Assembly (NCBI GenBank): GCA_949840345.1
Contig: CATKWX010000003.1
Coordinates: forward strand, 23,370 to 87,369
Source of the DNA: an uncultured Eubacteriales bacterium
GTDB taxonomy: Bacteria > Bacillota > Clostridia > TANB77 > CAG-508
Direction: 5' to 3'
Length of the DNA: 64,000 nucleotides
Positions 49,669 to 60,500 of this stretch are shown piece by piece (positions within the stretch are counted from its first letter, which is position 1; the number at the start of each line of letters is the position of its first letter). Made by a program: the position numbers and the translations under genes. A model generated the notes under the pieces. That model was not told the origin of the DNA, searched no databases, and saw only the letters and a list, made by a program, of their open reading frames with translations.

Positions 49669-50226
49669 TTAATTCATTAATAACCAATTTCTAGCTAAAA
49701 TTGTATCTGTATGAATTGGTCTATTTTTTTCTATACATTCTTGTATAGTTAAGTTTAGCATATATAAAATACTAGAATCTAAATCTTTAAAAGCTAAATC
49801 TCTTATATAATCAGCCTCTTCATAAGTTCTATCTAATCCAATTCCATCACCAATAAATAATATTTTAGATAACATGTCCATATCTTCTCCGCCTGTTGTA
49901 TGTAAAGAAATCGCTTTGCACATTACATCTGAAAAGCCAAATTGCTTTTTGCAAATATCAGCTCCAATTTTTGCATGAAGTAAACCTTGAGAAGCTAGTT
50001 CAACATCATTAATAGGTATATTGTTTTCTTTGGCATATTTAATTTTTTCATCTGATGGCATTTCTTTTGCAATGTCGTGAGCTAGTCCTACTAATTTAGC
50101 AACGTCAGGATTTACATTATAATGAAGGGCTAGTTTTTCACACATATCCATCACACATAAGCTATGGTAGAAACGTTTTTCAGATAATTTTGTTTTTAAT
50201 ACATCTTTAATTTCTTCTAATTCCAT
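49669..50226 (-). CDS. yqeK: HD-domain bis(5'-nucleosyl)-tetraphosphatase YqeK
   Basis: Start at MELEEIKDVLKTKLSEKRFYHSL (AAAGGAG RBS). HD motif LAHDIAKE. Confidence 0.8.
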   Translation of the reverse strand: MELEEIKDVLKTKLSEKRFYHSLCVMDMCEKLALHYNVNPDVAKLVGLAHDIAKEMPSDEKIKYAKENNIPINDVELASQGLLHAKIGADICKKQFGFSDVMCKAISLHTTGGEDMDMLSKILFIGDGIGLDRTYEEADYIRDLAFKDLDSSILYMLNLTIQECIEKNRPIHTDTILARNWLLMN

Positions 50227-50320
50227 AAAAAATTCTCCTTTTTTTAGATGGTTATAGTAATTATAATAATATTTTTTATGCTTATTCATTATGCAATTAA
50301 ATATAATTTTAATTGCTCGT

Positions 50321-50486
50321 AATAAATATATTGCAAACGTTGTAGGGGTCGGCGTCCTCGACGACCCGCCTAGGCGTTGCTACTTTCTTTATGTATTAAA
50401 AAAGTTCGGCTTTAACAAAAAGAACCCTCAGTCTCCTTCGTCGACAGCTCCCTTGAATAAGGGAGCCAAGCCTAGGCGTTGCCATT
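50321..50486. repeat. REP/BIME-like cluster R16 (linker aataaatatattgcaaacgt; gtaggggtcggcgtcctcgacgacccgcctaggcgttgctac; gacagctcccttgaataagggagccaagcctaggcgttgcc)
   Basis: Near-identical to R15 and R5 units. Preceded by AT palindrome atgcaattaaatataattttaattgc (50291-50316), whose 17-mer also occurs at 26614-26632. Confidence 0.75.
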
Positions 50487-50527
50487 ATATATATATATTT
50501 CATAATTATATACATAGTAAATTATAA

Positions 50528-51580
50528 TTAATAATTACTTATTGCCAATTCAATTAACTTATCTAACAATTCGCTATAGCAAATTCCACTTTCCTCCCAC
50601 AACTTAGGGTACATACTAATATTTGTGAATCCAGGAAGAGTATTTATTTCATTTATGTATATATTATAATTGTCCTTGTCAACAAAGAAATCTACCCTAG
50701 ATAATCCTTTTCCATCTATAGCTTTAAATGCTTTTATTGCTAAAGTTCTAATTTCTTTAGATATATTCTCGGGCAAGTCTGCGGGTATGCAAACCCTTGA
50801 TTCAGAGTTTTTATATTTTGCATCAAAACTATAAAATTCTTCTGCGGGCAATATTTCTCCTAAGCAAGAGGCTTTTACATCTTCGTTACCAAGAACTGCA
50901 CATTCGATTTCTCTAGCATTTATAAATTCTTCTAGCAATATTTTTTTATCATATTTGCTTGCATACTCTATGCATTTTTCTAGTTCATCTAAACTCTTTG
51001 CTTTAGTTATACCAACAGATGACCCAGAATTCGAAGGCTTTACAAATACAGGAAAGCTTAAGCGTTGAGATATTAAGGGACAGATATCTTTTATAGAAAG
51101 CAGTTGCTCATTAAACTCATTATCAACATATATGTAGTTTTCGTTATATTTTCTAATATAAATATATTTTGCTTGATTTATATTTGCTTTTTCGAAAACT
51201 ATTTTTGAATATACTTTATCCATACCTACTGAACTAGATAAAACATTACAACCAACATAAGGCACATTTAATAATTCAAACAGTCCTTGAATTGTTCCAT
51301 CTTCGCCATATAAACCATGAAGTACAGGAAATATTACATCTAAGTTTTTTAAGTAATCCATTATATTTTCTATTTTTCTAGAAACATTTATGTGTGCTCC
51401 AAGACTTATGTTTTCTAGTTTTAAACTAGAGCAAGTATACCAATTGCCACTTTTATCAATATAAATAGGATAAATATCATATTTATTTTTATCTAAATTT
51501 TGTACAACTGATGTTCCAGAAACAACAGAAACATCATGTTCTGTGGATTTTCCACCAAAGATGACACCAACTTTTTTCAT
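50528..51580 (-). CDS. ddl: D-alanine--D-alanine ligase
   Basis: Start MKKVGVIFGGKSTEHDVS (GGAGG RBS). ATP-grasp family, ~350 aa. Confidence 0.9.
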   Translation of the reverse strand: MKKVGVIFGGKSTEHDVSVVSGTSVVQNLDKNKYDIYPIYIDKSGNWYTCSSLKLENISLGAHINVSRKIENIMDYLKNLDVIFPVLHGLYGEDGTIQGLFELLNVPYVGCNVLSSSVGMDKVYSKIVFEKANINQAKYIYIRKYNENYIYVDNEFNEQLLSIKDICPLISQRLSFPVFVKPSNSGSSVGITKAKSLDELEKCIEYASKYDKKILLEEFINAREIECAVLGNEDVKASCLGEILPAEEFYSFDAKYKNSESRVCIPADLPENISKEIRTLAIKAFKAIDGKGLSRVDFFVDKDNYNIYINEINTLPGFTNISMYPKLWEESGICYSELLDKLIELAISNY

Positions 51581-51811
51581 AGAACCAAACCTCCATTTAA
51601 GCATTTTGAATATCATCTTTTGTATGAGATTACAATAAATATTAAATTTGTACAGAATAAATATATATTATTTTTTACGAGTGCGACCGGTCAATTTTTG
51701 TCTTTAAATATGGCAGAGTGTGTCACTAAAAGTTCGTTAAGCCGTATCTTAAACGCCTTGGAGCACGGAATAAAAAATAATATATATTTATTCTGTATAG
51801 TGTATAAAATA

Positions 51812-53197
51812 TTATTCCATAATTCCATTAAAAATTTCTATAAATTTTAGACCATGAGATGCCTTTAATAATACAACATCATTAGGCTGCATTAAATTAT
51901 TTAATTTTTCAATGGCTTCAGTGTTACTGCTAAACCAAAAAGCATTATCAGTCGTAAATCCTAGTTCCAAAGCCTTTTGATAAGTATATTTAGATTCAGG
52001 TCCAACACTAACAAGAATATCTACTTTATTTCTTACAGCTTCATAGGCTGTTTTTTCGTGTAGTTCTTTTGAGTACTCACCTAAGTCTAACATATCGCCT
52101 AAAACTGCTATTCTTCTTCTAGTAGTGTATTCTCTTAAATATTCAAGAGCAGCTATATTAGCACCAGTACTAGAATTATATGCATCATTAATAATTATTG
52201 TTCCACTTTTTTTATGATGAATTTCCATTCTTCCCTTTGTTAATTTAAAGCTTTCTATACCTTTAATAATATCTTCTACAGGAATATTTAATTCCATACC
52301 AACCAAAATTGCAGCTAAACTGTTATATACAAAGTGCTTTCCAGGAGTAGGTATTGTGATATTATAATTTGAATTATTAATTGTAATATCATAAGTAGTA
52401 TTTTCAGTAGTGCTAACTATATTAGTTGGATTTAGTAAAGAATACTCATCTATTCCAAAAGGTAAAATATTATCGGCTTTATTTTCTTCATAATATTTAT
52501 GCAATAAATCATTATCATTATTAAGTATTAATTTACCATTTGTAGTTAGATAATCCCTAACTTTTAGTTTTTCTTCAAGAATTTTTTCTCTTGAGCCAAT
52601 ATCTCCTATATGAGGAGTACCAATATTTGTAACTACTGCAATAGTTGGCATAGCTGTTCTAGCAATCTTATCCATTTCTCCAGGGAATCCTATTCCTAAT
52701 TCAACAACAACTGCTGTATGATCTTTTAATTGTAAAAGAGTTAATGGCAAACCAATTTGATTATTAAGATTTCCTTCAGTTTTTAGTACATTATATTTTG
52801 TAGATAGAACGTTTGCAATCATTTCTTTTGTGCTAGTTTTACCAACGCTTCCTGTAATTGCAACAACAGGAATATCATATAAACTTCTTTTATAATTAGC
52901 TAATTTTTGTAGTGCTTCTACAGAATTTTCTACTTTCAATATAACTTTAGAATTATTATTTTTTAAAATTGAAGAATCGATGTCGCTATCTATAATACAT
53001 CCAATAGCACCTAAATCTAGAGCATCTTTACAAAAAATATTCCCGTTAAAATTTTCACCAGTTATTCCAACATACATATCTCCTTTAGAAATAGTACGAG
53101 TATCTTTAGAAAATGTGGTTATTACAGTATTTATATCTCCACATAAAAGCTTTGCATTACAAACATTTACAACATCTTTAGCAGTAATCTCGTTCAT
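51812..53197 (-). CDS. murF: UDP-N-acetylmuramoyl-tripeptide--D-alanyl-D-alanine ligase
   Basis: 461 aa. Mur ligase P-loop AITGSVGKTSTKEM. Adjacent to ddl. Confidence 0.75.
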   Translation of the reverse strand: MNEITAKDVVNVCNAKLLCGDINTVITTFSKDTRTISKGDMYVGITGENFNGNIFCKDALDLGAIGCIIDSDIDSSILKNNNSKVILKVENSVEALQKLANYKRSLYDIPVVAITGSVGKTSTKEMIANVLSTKYNVLKTEGNLNNQIGLPLTLLQLKDHTAVVVELGIGFPGEMDKIARTAMPTIAVVTNIGTPHIGDIGSREKILEEKLKVRDYLTTNGKLILNNDNDLLHKYYEENKADNILPFGIDEYSLLNPTNIVSTTENTTYDITINNSNYNITIPTPGKHFVYNSLAAILVGMELNIPVEDIIKGIESFKLTKGRMEIHHKKSGTIIINDAYNSSTGANIAALEYLREYTTRRRIAVLGDMLDLGEYSKELHEKTAYEAVRNKVDILVSVGPESKYTYQKALELGFTTDNAFWFSSNTEAIEKLNNLMQPNDVVLLKASHGLKFIEIFNGIME

Positions 53198-53338
53198 AAA
53201 AACCTCCCATAAATTAATCTCATATATAATAATATGACTATTTTATAACAAATTACACAAAAAATAAAGCAAATTTAAAAATTTGACAAATGAAAATATA
53301 AAATATAAAATAATTTATAATAATGAAATGGAGAAACA

Positions 53339-53788
53339 ATGAAAAATTTATTTAATAAAATAATGAAAATTTATAATCAGCACAGGGAAGTAATTTTATA
53401 TCTTATATTTGGAGTATTAACCACACTTGTGAACCTAATTGTAAAAAATGCATTATTATTTACTGTATTAGAAGCAAGTAATGCATTTGAGCTTCAAATT
53501 GCAGTTATTATATCTTGGATTATTGCTGTACTATTTGCGTATTTTACTAATAGAAAATTTGTATTTGAGAGTAATAAAAGCAACAAATCAAAAGAATTCA
53601 TAAGTTTTGTTATTGCTAGAATTACAACGCTATTACTAGAGATGCTTATTATGTGGTTTTTCATAACATTACTTAAATTAAATTCAGATTTTTATGTATT
53701 AATAATTACTGTAATTTCTCAGGGGCTAGTAATAGTAGGAAATTATATATTAAGTAAAGTATTTGTATTTAAAAAGACGGATAAATAA
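53339..53788 (+). CDS. GtrA-family membrane protein
   Basis: 149 aa, 4 TM segments. GtrA-like NRKFVF motif. Confidence 0.7.
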   Translation: MKNLFNKIMKIYNQHREVILYLIFGVLTTLVNLIVKNALLFTVLEASNAFELQIAVIISWIIAVLFAYFTNRKFVFESNKSNKSKEFISFVIARITTLLLEMLIMWFFITLLKLNSDFYVLIITVISQGLVIVGNYILSKVFVFKKTDK

Positions 53789-53800
53789 TCCGTCTTTAAC
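53771..53800. terminator. Bidirectional terminator between the gtrA-like and SASP genes
   Basis: aaaaagacggat-aaataa-tccgtcttt. Confidence 0.55.
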
Positions 53801-53967
53801 TATACTTTTCTATTTGCTATTTCAATAGCTTTTTTTACCATACTACCACAAGTTTTTGATGAGACATTTTCCCATCCACCATCTTGTTTTACTTGGTCGA
53901 AAACACCTAGTTCTTTTGCAATTTCTTCTTTAAGGTTTTCAGACATTATAGTGCTTTTTCTAGACAT
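53800..53967 (-). CDS. Alpha/beta-type small acid-soluble spore protein
   Basis: Start MSRKSTIMSENLKEEIAKELGV (GGAGG RBS at 53968-53980). ...GGWENVSSKTCGSMVKKAIEIA. Confidence 0.75.
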   Translation of the reverse strand: MSRKSTIMSENLKEEIAKELGVFDQVKQDGGWENVSSKTCGSMVKKAIEIANRKV

Positions 53968-54060
53968 TATAACTACCTCCTTAAGAAAGATAAAATCATA
54001 TCTTTCTATATATATTATTTGCAAAGAACTAAATATTATTAATGAAAAATTTTCAAAAAA

Positions 54061-55452
54061 CTACATTGTCAAAGTTCCATTTGGGGTATTTATTATTACT
54101 AATATATTTTCTTCTTTTCCGTTTTCAGCATTTATATAAACTAAAAAGTCTGTATCATCAACTTTTCCCTTAAATTCATAACAGAATATTTCTGTTTTCC
54201 ACTCGGTTGGAATAATTGCTAATCCTTCACTAATAATTTCCAATTTTTTATTTAAATGAGACTTTGCTTCATCTAAAGATATTTTTGGAGTTGAAATGTT
54301 CCTTTCGGTATGTGAATTTAAATATCCTGTTGTTTCCATACCAAGAACTTCTCCATTATCAAGGGCTATTTTTAATTTAATTAAATCTGTATAAATTGTA
54401 ACATCATTTTGAGTATATGCGTAATTTATTGTTACAATACCATCTTGTTTTAGAAAATAAGTTTCCTTCATACTAGGGTATCCTTTAGCTTCTAAGAATT
54501 CCTTTCCAATTCTGTTTGCATCATCTTGTGATATAACTTCTGCTCCTACATCACGATTATAATTCATAAATATAACGTGTCCACCTTTTTTAGATATAGA
54601 AACACTTACAGGATTATTTTTGTCACCATCATTTAATATAATTGAAAAACTAAAAGAAGCAATGTTTCCATTTTCAGATAATCCGTTAGAATTAACTTCT
54701 TTTATTTTATCATTTCCTAATAAATTTATAGCAATTTCACGTGCTTGATCTTCAGATACATCATCTCCTGTAAGTCCCTTTTTTTCTGCTTTATCTATGT
54801 GCTCTGAATAAGCACCATCATATATTAAACCAGCATACTCTCCAAAATTTGTATCAATATTGCTAAAGCTATCTTTAGAATTATTACTTACCTGTTGAGC
54901 AAACATATTAGAACCCTTTTTAGTTAATTCTTTCCAACTAATTGTTCCATCAGTCATTTCTGCTGATAATTGATTAAGCGTATTTTGTAAATCTACACAA
55001 TAAGTATGAAGATCTTGCAAATTGTCTAAATCTTCTTGAGTAAGAGCTTCATTATAAATATTTTTTCTTGAGAGAGAATAGCTATAATCGCTAACCTGAT
55101 TTAAAAATCTAGCAGTATTAGAGAGCCCTTCGTTGTTAATTGGAATTTGAGATAGATAAATTTGAGCTAAATTTGCCTCTTTCCAAACTCTAGTTAATGT
55201 TTCTGCACCATGTTCTGGAGTTGTAGAAATTAGAGATTTTGCTAAATAATTTTCAACATTTTGAACATAATCTACTAATTCAAAAAATGCTAAATTATAT
55301 TGATTTTCCATTACTTGCCTATATTCTCTTTGCTTTTTATATATAATTCCACCTAAAATAAGACATACTATTATAAGACCAATAATAATGCTAAACATAT
55401 GTCTATCTTTTAATCTGTTTTTCCAGTCTATAACCTTATCTTTAAAACTCAT
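54061..55452 (-). CDS. ypeB: Germination protein YpeB (PepSY-domain, N-terminal membrane anchor)
   Basis: Start MSFKDKVIDW with GGAGG RBS. Downstream of a SleB-like hydrolase gene in the same orientation. Confidence 0.75.
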   Translation of the reverse strand: MSFKDKVIDWKNRLKDRHMFSIIIGLIIVCLILGGIIYKKQREYRQVMENQYNLAFFELVDYVQNVENYLAKSLISTTPEHGAETLTRVWKEANLAQIYLSQIPINNEGLSNTARFLNQVSDYSYSLSRKNIYNEALTQEDLDNLQDLHTYCVDLQNTLNQLSAEMTDGTISWKELTKKGSNMFAQQVSNNSKDSFSNIDTNFGEYAGLIYDGAYSEHIDKAEKKGLTGDDVSEDQAREIAINLLGNDKIKEVNSNGLSENGNIASFSFSIILNDGDKNNPVSVSISKKGGHVIFMNYNRDVGAEVISQDDANRIGKEFLEAKGYPSMKETYFLKQDGIVTINYAYTQNDVTIYTDLIKLKIALDNGEVLGMETTGYLNSHTERNISTPKISLDEAKSHLNKKLEIISEGLAIIPTEWKTEIFCYEFKGKVDDTDFLVYINAENGKEENILVIINTPNGTLTM

Positions 55453-55543
55453 AAAAACCTCCATTCGAGCAATTTATGCTCTGATAAATATTAGAATTTA
55501 ATATTTCATAAAAGTTAATTTATTAAAATGTATATACAAAAAT

Positions 55544-56014
55544 CTATTTACAAAAATGATGTTTACCTATAGTTTTTACAATTTGTCTTGACCAAATCCA
55601 CTTACTAGTTGCAGTATTTGGATTAAAATAATAAATACACCCACCTGTTGGGTCCCAACCATTTAGCGCATCTCTTGCAGCCTTTACAACAGTTGAATTT
55701 TCAGCAATTGCAACATTAATCTGTCCATCAGAAACAGCTGTAAAAGCACCGGGTTGATATATTACTCCAGCTATTGTATTAGGAAAGCTAGAATGTCTAA
55801 CTCTATTTAAGATTACCGCACCTACTGCTACCTGACCTTCATATGCTTCACCACGTGCTTCACCGTTAATAGCACGAGCTAAAAGTTGAACATCAGAAGT
55901 TGAATTACTTGTTCCTGCTGCCAAAACATCAATAGGGAGAGTAGTTATACAAAAATGAAGAAATATTAAAATAAATGACAATAATATTATTAAAATAAAA
56001 CTGACTTTTTTCAA
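55544..56014 (-). CDS. sleB: Spore cortex-lytic enzyme / cell wall hydrolase, SleB catalytic domain only
   Basis: Signal peptide plus Hydrolase_2 motifs (ARAINGEARGE...AVGAVILNRV...CIYYFNP). Only 156 aa, so it lacks a peptidoglycan-binding domain. Confidence 0.65.
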   Translation of the reverse strand: MKKVSFILIILLSFILIFLHFCITTLPIDVLAAGTSNSTSDVQLLARAINGEARGEAYEGQVAVGAVILNRVRHSSFPNTIAGVIYQPGAFTAVSDGQINVAIAENSTVVKAARDALNGWDPTGGCIYYFNPNTATSKWIWSRQIVKTIGKHHFCK

Positions 56015-56131
56015 AACGTCCTCCTAAAAATAAATTTAAATATAGTTTGTATTAAATTTCATAATTTATACTTTTTATAGAAAAAATTTGCAAATAATGA
56101 TATAATTTTAAAAAAATAATTGGAGGATAAG

Positions 56132-57259
56132 ATGGATAAAATATTAATACTATATGGCTCATATGGCGGAGGGCATAAATCTGCAGCTAATGCAATAAAA
56201 AAACATATAGAAGAAAATTATGAAGAATTTAATGTAACAGCAGTTGATTGTATAGAATATATAAGTAAAATCATAAACAAAATAACTACTGGTGCCTATA
56301 ATCAAATGGCAAAGAAGGCTCCTTGGGCTTGGAAGAGAGTATACTTTGGTTCAGAAAAAGGATTTTTATCTAAAATAAGTAATGGAATGAATAAACTAAT
56401 GGCAAAAAAATTATACCATTTAATAGAAGAAGAAAATCCTAATATAATAGTATCAACACACCCATTTGCAACTCAAATGGTGGGTAGATTAAAAAGAAAA
56501 GGTAAAATAAACTGTAAAGTTTCTACAATAATGACAGACTTTGAGATACATAGCCAATGGTTACAAGAATCAGAATACATAGATAACTATTTTGTTGCAC
56601 AAACAGGTATGAAAGAATCTATGGTAAAACTTGGGATTGATTCTTCTAAAATTTATGTTACAGGAATACCAATGTCTGAAAGATTTTTAGAGAACTTTGA
56701 TAGAAAAGAAATCTTAAGGGAATTCGAATTAGAAGATAATAAAAAAACAGTACTTTTCTTCGGTGGTGGAGAAATGGGACTTGGGAAAGATAGAACTTGT
56801 GAGATTTTAAAAACATTAGTGGAAAGTTTTGAAAACATACAAGTAGTTGCAATATCTGGCAGAAATGAAGTTATGCAAGATGCTTTTCAAGAAATTGTAG
56901 CAAATAGTAATAGTAGTAATAGAGTAAAAATATTAGATTACACTCAAAAAGTACCTGAACTTATGAGTATATCTAGTTTAGTAATAACAAAACCGGGAGG
57001 TCTAACCACTACGGAAAGTTTAGCTTCAGGATTACCAATGATTATAATAAACCCAATACCAGGTCAAGAAGAACAAAATGCAGAATTTTTAGAGAAAAGT
57101 AAAGTAGGAATATGGCTACAGAAAAACGATGATATAAAAAAAGTACTAGAAACAGTAATTTTAAATGATGAATTACTAGAGCAAATGAGAAAGAATACAA
57201 ATAAATTTGCTAAAAAAACTTCAACAAAAGACATATGTGAAATTATATTGAAGAAATAA
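56132..57259 (+). CDS. Monoglycosyl-diacylglycerol synthase / processive diacylglycerol glycosyltransferase (UgtP-like, GT28)
   Basis: Start MDKILILYGSYGGGHKSAANAI (GGAGG RBS), chosen over the upstream ATG 56120 used by the ORF track. Confidence 0.75.
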   Translation: MDKILILYGSYGGGHKSAANAIKKHIEENYEEFNVTAVDCIEYISKIINKITTGAYNQMAKKAPWAWKRVYFGSEKGFLSKISNGMNKLMAKKLYHLIEEENPNIIVSTHPFATQMVGRLKRKGKINCKVSTIMTDFEIHSQWLQESEYIDNYFVAQTGMKESMVKLGIDSSKIYVTGIPMSERFLENFDRKEILREFELEDNKKTVLFFGGGEMGLGKDRTCEILKTLVESFENIQVVAISGRNEVMQDAFQEIVANSNSSNRVKILDYTQKVPELMSISSLVITKPGGLTTTESLASGLPMIIINPIPGQEEQNAEFLEKSKVGIWLQKNDDIKKVLETVILNDELLEQMRKNTNKFAKKTSTKDICEIILKK

Positions 57260-57261
57260 TG

Positions 57262-57322
57262 TCGAAATGCTAATAAAAAAGACGAAAAACAGAACATAAA
57301 AACGTTCTGTTTTTCGTCTTTT
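57262..57322 (+). terminator. Intrinsic terminator (long hairpin aaaaagacgaaaaacagaac...gttctgtttttcgtctttttt)
   Basis: ~20-bp stem followed by a T-run. Confidence 0.7.
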
Positions 57323-57562
57323 TTATTAGCATTTATTATTACCATTTAATGCGAATTTCCGTAATATAACATATAAAATATACATTTAATATTACAAAAT
57401 TTTAATACAAAATTAATATAATAAAAACATTTTCAAAGTCTAAAAATCCCTAATAATTAGACGTATGATTACAAAATATGGCAAGATAGCCTACTTTAAA
57501 TAAAAAATAAAGCTTATATAATATAAATATAAAATATATAAACAAAAAAGGTGAGGAACAAA

Positions 57563-60500
57563 TGAAGAGGTTTTCTATTAACAATTTAGATTACGAAAAA
57601 AGGAAAAGGTTAAAGTTAATCGCAATAATTGCATTAATTATTGTTTTAAATGCACTGTTAATTTGGGTATTTGCATCAAATTCAGGAGATAAATCAATTG
57701 AAGCTGCATTAACTGAACCAGATACTCGAGTTCACGAAACCAATGTGCCAGAAGGATATACAGCTATCTACAATGTAGATGGCTTAAAAGCTATGTCCTC
57801 AAACTTAAGTGGAAAATATATACTTATGAGTGATATAGACTTAACTGGCACTATTTGGGATGTAATCGGAACATCTTCTTCATCATCTTTTATAGGAACA
57901 TTAGATGGAAACAATTACACAATAAGCAACTTAAATATAGAATCAAACAACCAATATGTAGGAATGTTTGGATATACAAAAGGAGCAGCGATAAAGAATT
58001 TAATAGTAGAAAATATAACAGTAAAAAGTACATATTCAGATAGTTCAAATGGATATGTAGGAGGACTTGTAGGTTATACTACAGGAACAAGTTCAGTAAA
58101 AACAACAATAGAAAACGTAGGAGTAACAGGAACAAGCAAAATAGAAAATTCAACAGAAGGTTCTAATATTATAAGCATGGGAGGATTAGTAGGATATGCA
58201 TACAATTATACAGATATAACAAATTCATATTCAAATGCAGAAGTAGTAGGAAGTACAAAATCAGGTACATTACATGTAGGAGGATTAGTAGGATATAATG
58301 TAGGATATAGTAGTTCAAATAAAAATACTCTAACAAATGTATATTCAACAGGTAATGTAACAGGAACATCAATATCAGGAATGATATGTGAAGGAGGACT
58401 TGTAGGAGGTATAGGCCCATATACAACAATAGAAAATGCATTTACAACTTCAAATACAACAGCAACAAAAACAACGGGAACTACATATGTAGGAGGATTA
58501 GTTGGGTATTCAGCTGGAGCATATATAAAAAATATAAACAATACATATGCAGTAGGAAAAATAGACGCTGAAATTGCTGGAAGAAAAAGTATTGGAGGAC
58601 TAATAGGATATAATTATAGGTATACAACAGTTACAAACTCATATTGGAGTCCAGAAACAATAGGTGTAGACACAAGTGCAACTACAGGAGAACAAGCAAA
58701 ATTATTGCAAGAAATGTTATATATGAATACATACACAGACTGGGATTTTGATACAGTATGGGATATAGATGAAGGAAATACATTACCATATTTACAAGGA
58801 ATGCCAAAGCCAGCATCAGTAAATGAAAATAATTATACATATTTAAAATATGAAGGAGAAGGAACAGCAAGTAACCCATATATAATAAGAACAAAAGAAC
58901 AGTTACAGGGAATTAATAACAATTTAAACCAAGCACATTATAAATTAGGAAACGATATAGATGTAACAGGGATAGAAAACTTTGAGCCAATAGGAAATGC
59001 AACATACCCATTTACAGGAACATTAGATGGAGCAGGATTTAAAATAAGCAATGTAAATATAGAATCTGCAGAACCATATATAGGAATGTTTGGATACACA
59101 AGTGGAGCGATAATAAAAGATTTAATAATAGAAAATATAATCGTAAAGAGTAATTTTGTTAATGATTCAAGTAGTATATATTATGCATACGTTGGAGGAT
59201 TAGCAGGATATACAAAGGGAGGTAAATTAGAAAATATTAAGTTAATAGGAACAAGTAAAGTGGAATTGAGTACGGCAAGTCATGTATACATTGGTGGAAT
59301 TGCAGGTTCAATATCAGATAATGCAAACGTTGTAAATACAAGTTCCAATACAGAAGTTTTAGCAATAGTAGGTGGAACTACAAAAAATATAGGAGGCTTA
59401 ATAGGTAGTGTAAACGGAGTAACAATAAGTTCAAGTTATGCAACAGGAAGTATAACAGTAATAGGAGGTTCATCAGCATATGCAGGAGGATTAATTGGAG
59501 AAGTAAATGGAACAGGAACGATAATAGATAAATGCTATTCAACAGGAAATTTAGATGTAAATATAAGTGGTAACCAATATATAGGAGGATTAATAGGTAA
59601 ATCATTTGGAACAATAACAAATGTATATTCAACGAGTAATGTTAATTTAAATAAAAAATCAACTTTAGATTATATAGGAGGATTAATAGGTTATAATGAT
59701 GCAAGCCTAACAAATGCTTATGCAGTAGGAAGAGTAGATATTCAAAATTTGTCAACAAGCGGATGTTTAGGTGGATTACTTGGAACTAGTGTAAATAATA
59801 GGTCAGTAAATAATTGTTATTGGAGTCCAGAAACAACGAAACAGTACGAAACAGCAAAAGGTATAGGAAAATTATTTTCTAATATGCTATATTCAGATTC
59901 TTACGATAACTGGGATTTTGAAAATGTATGGAGCATACAAGAAGGACAAACTTTACCATATATACAAGGAATAGATACACCTACTTCAATTGCAAAAACA
60001 AATTATAATTACATACCATATGAAGGAAAGGGAACTATAAGCAATCCAAATATAATAAGAACAGAAGAACAACTTCAAGAAATAAGAAGCGATTTAAGTG
60101 GAACACATTATGAATTAGCAAATGATATAATTTTAACTAAAAACTTCGAGCCAATAGGAAATGCAACATATCCATTTACAGGAACATTAGATGGATTAGG
60201 GCATACAATAACTGGACTAAATATAGATTTAGGATTACAAAGTGTGGGAATGTTTGGATATGTAAGTGGAGCTACAATTAAAAACCTAATATTAAAAGAT
60301 GTAAATGTTAAAAGCACATATAGTAATAGCTCATATGTAGCATATGTAGGTGGGTTAATTGGTTATGCAATAAATAATACATTAATTGAAGGAATAGAAA
60401 TACTAGGAGAAAGCAGTGTAGAAAATGTTGCAGGACTAAGCATAATTAGAATTGGTGGATTGATAGGAACTTTAGATAAAAGTACTTTAAGTAAGGTTGG

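Noticed and set aside
21250-50490. Integron attC-site or gene-cassette-array interpretation of the gene / GC-element alternation
   Set aside because: No RYYYAAC...GTTRRRY core sites were found. The elements also flank core genes (murA, ddl, spoIIR) on both strands and carry a GTAG head typical of REP elements.
21250-50490. CRISPR array
   Set aside because: The GC-rich units are irregularly spaced (0.05-5 kb apart), differ in sequence class and are separated by genes. There is no repeat-spacer periodicity.
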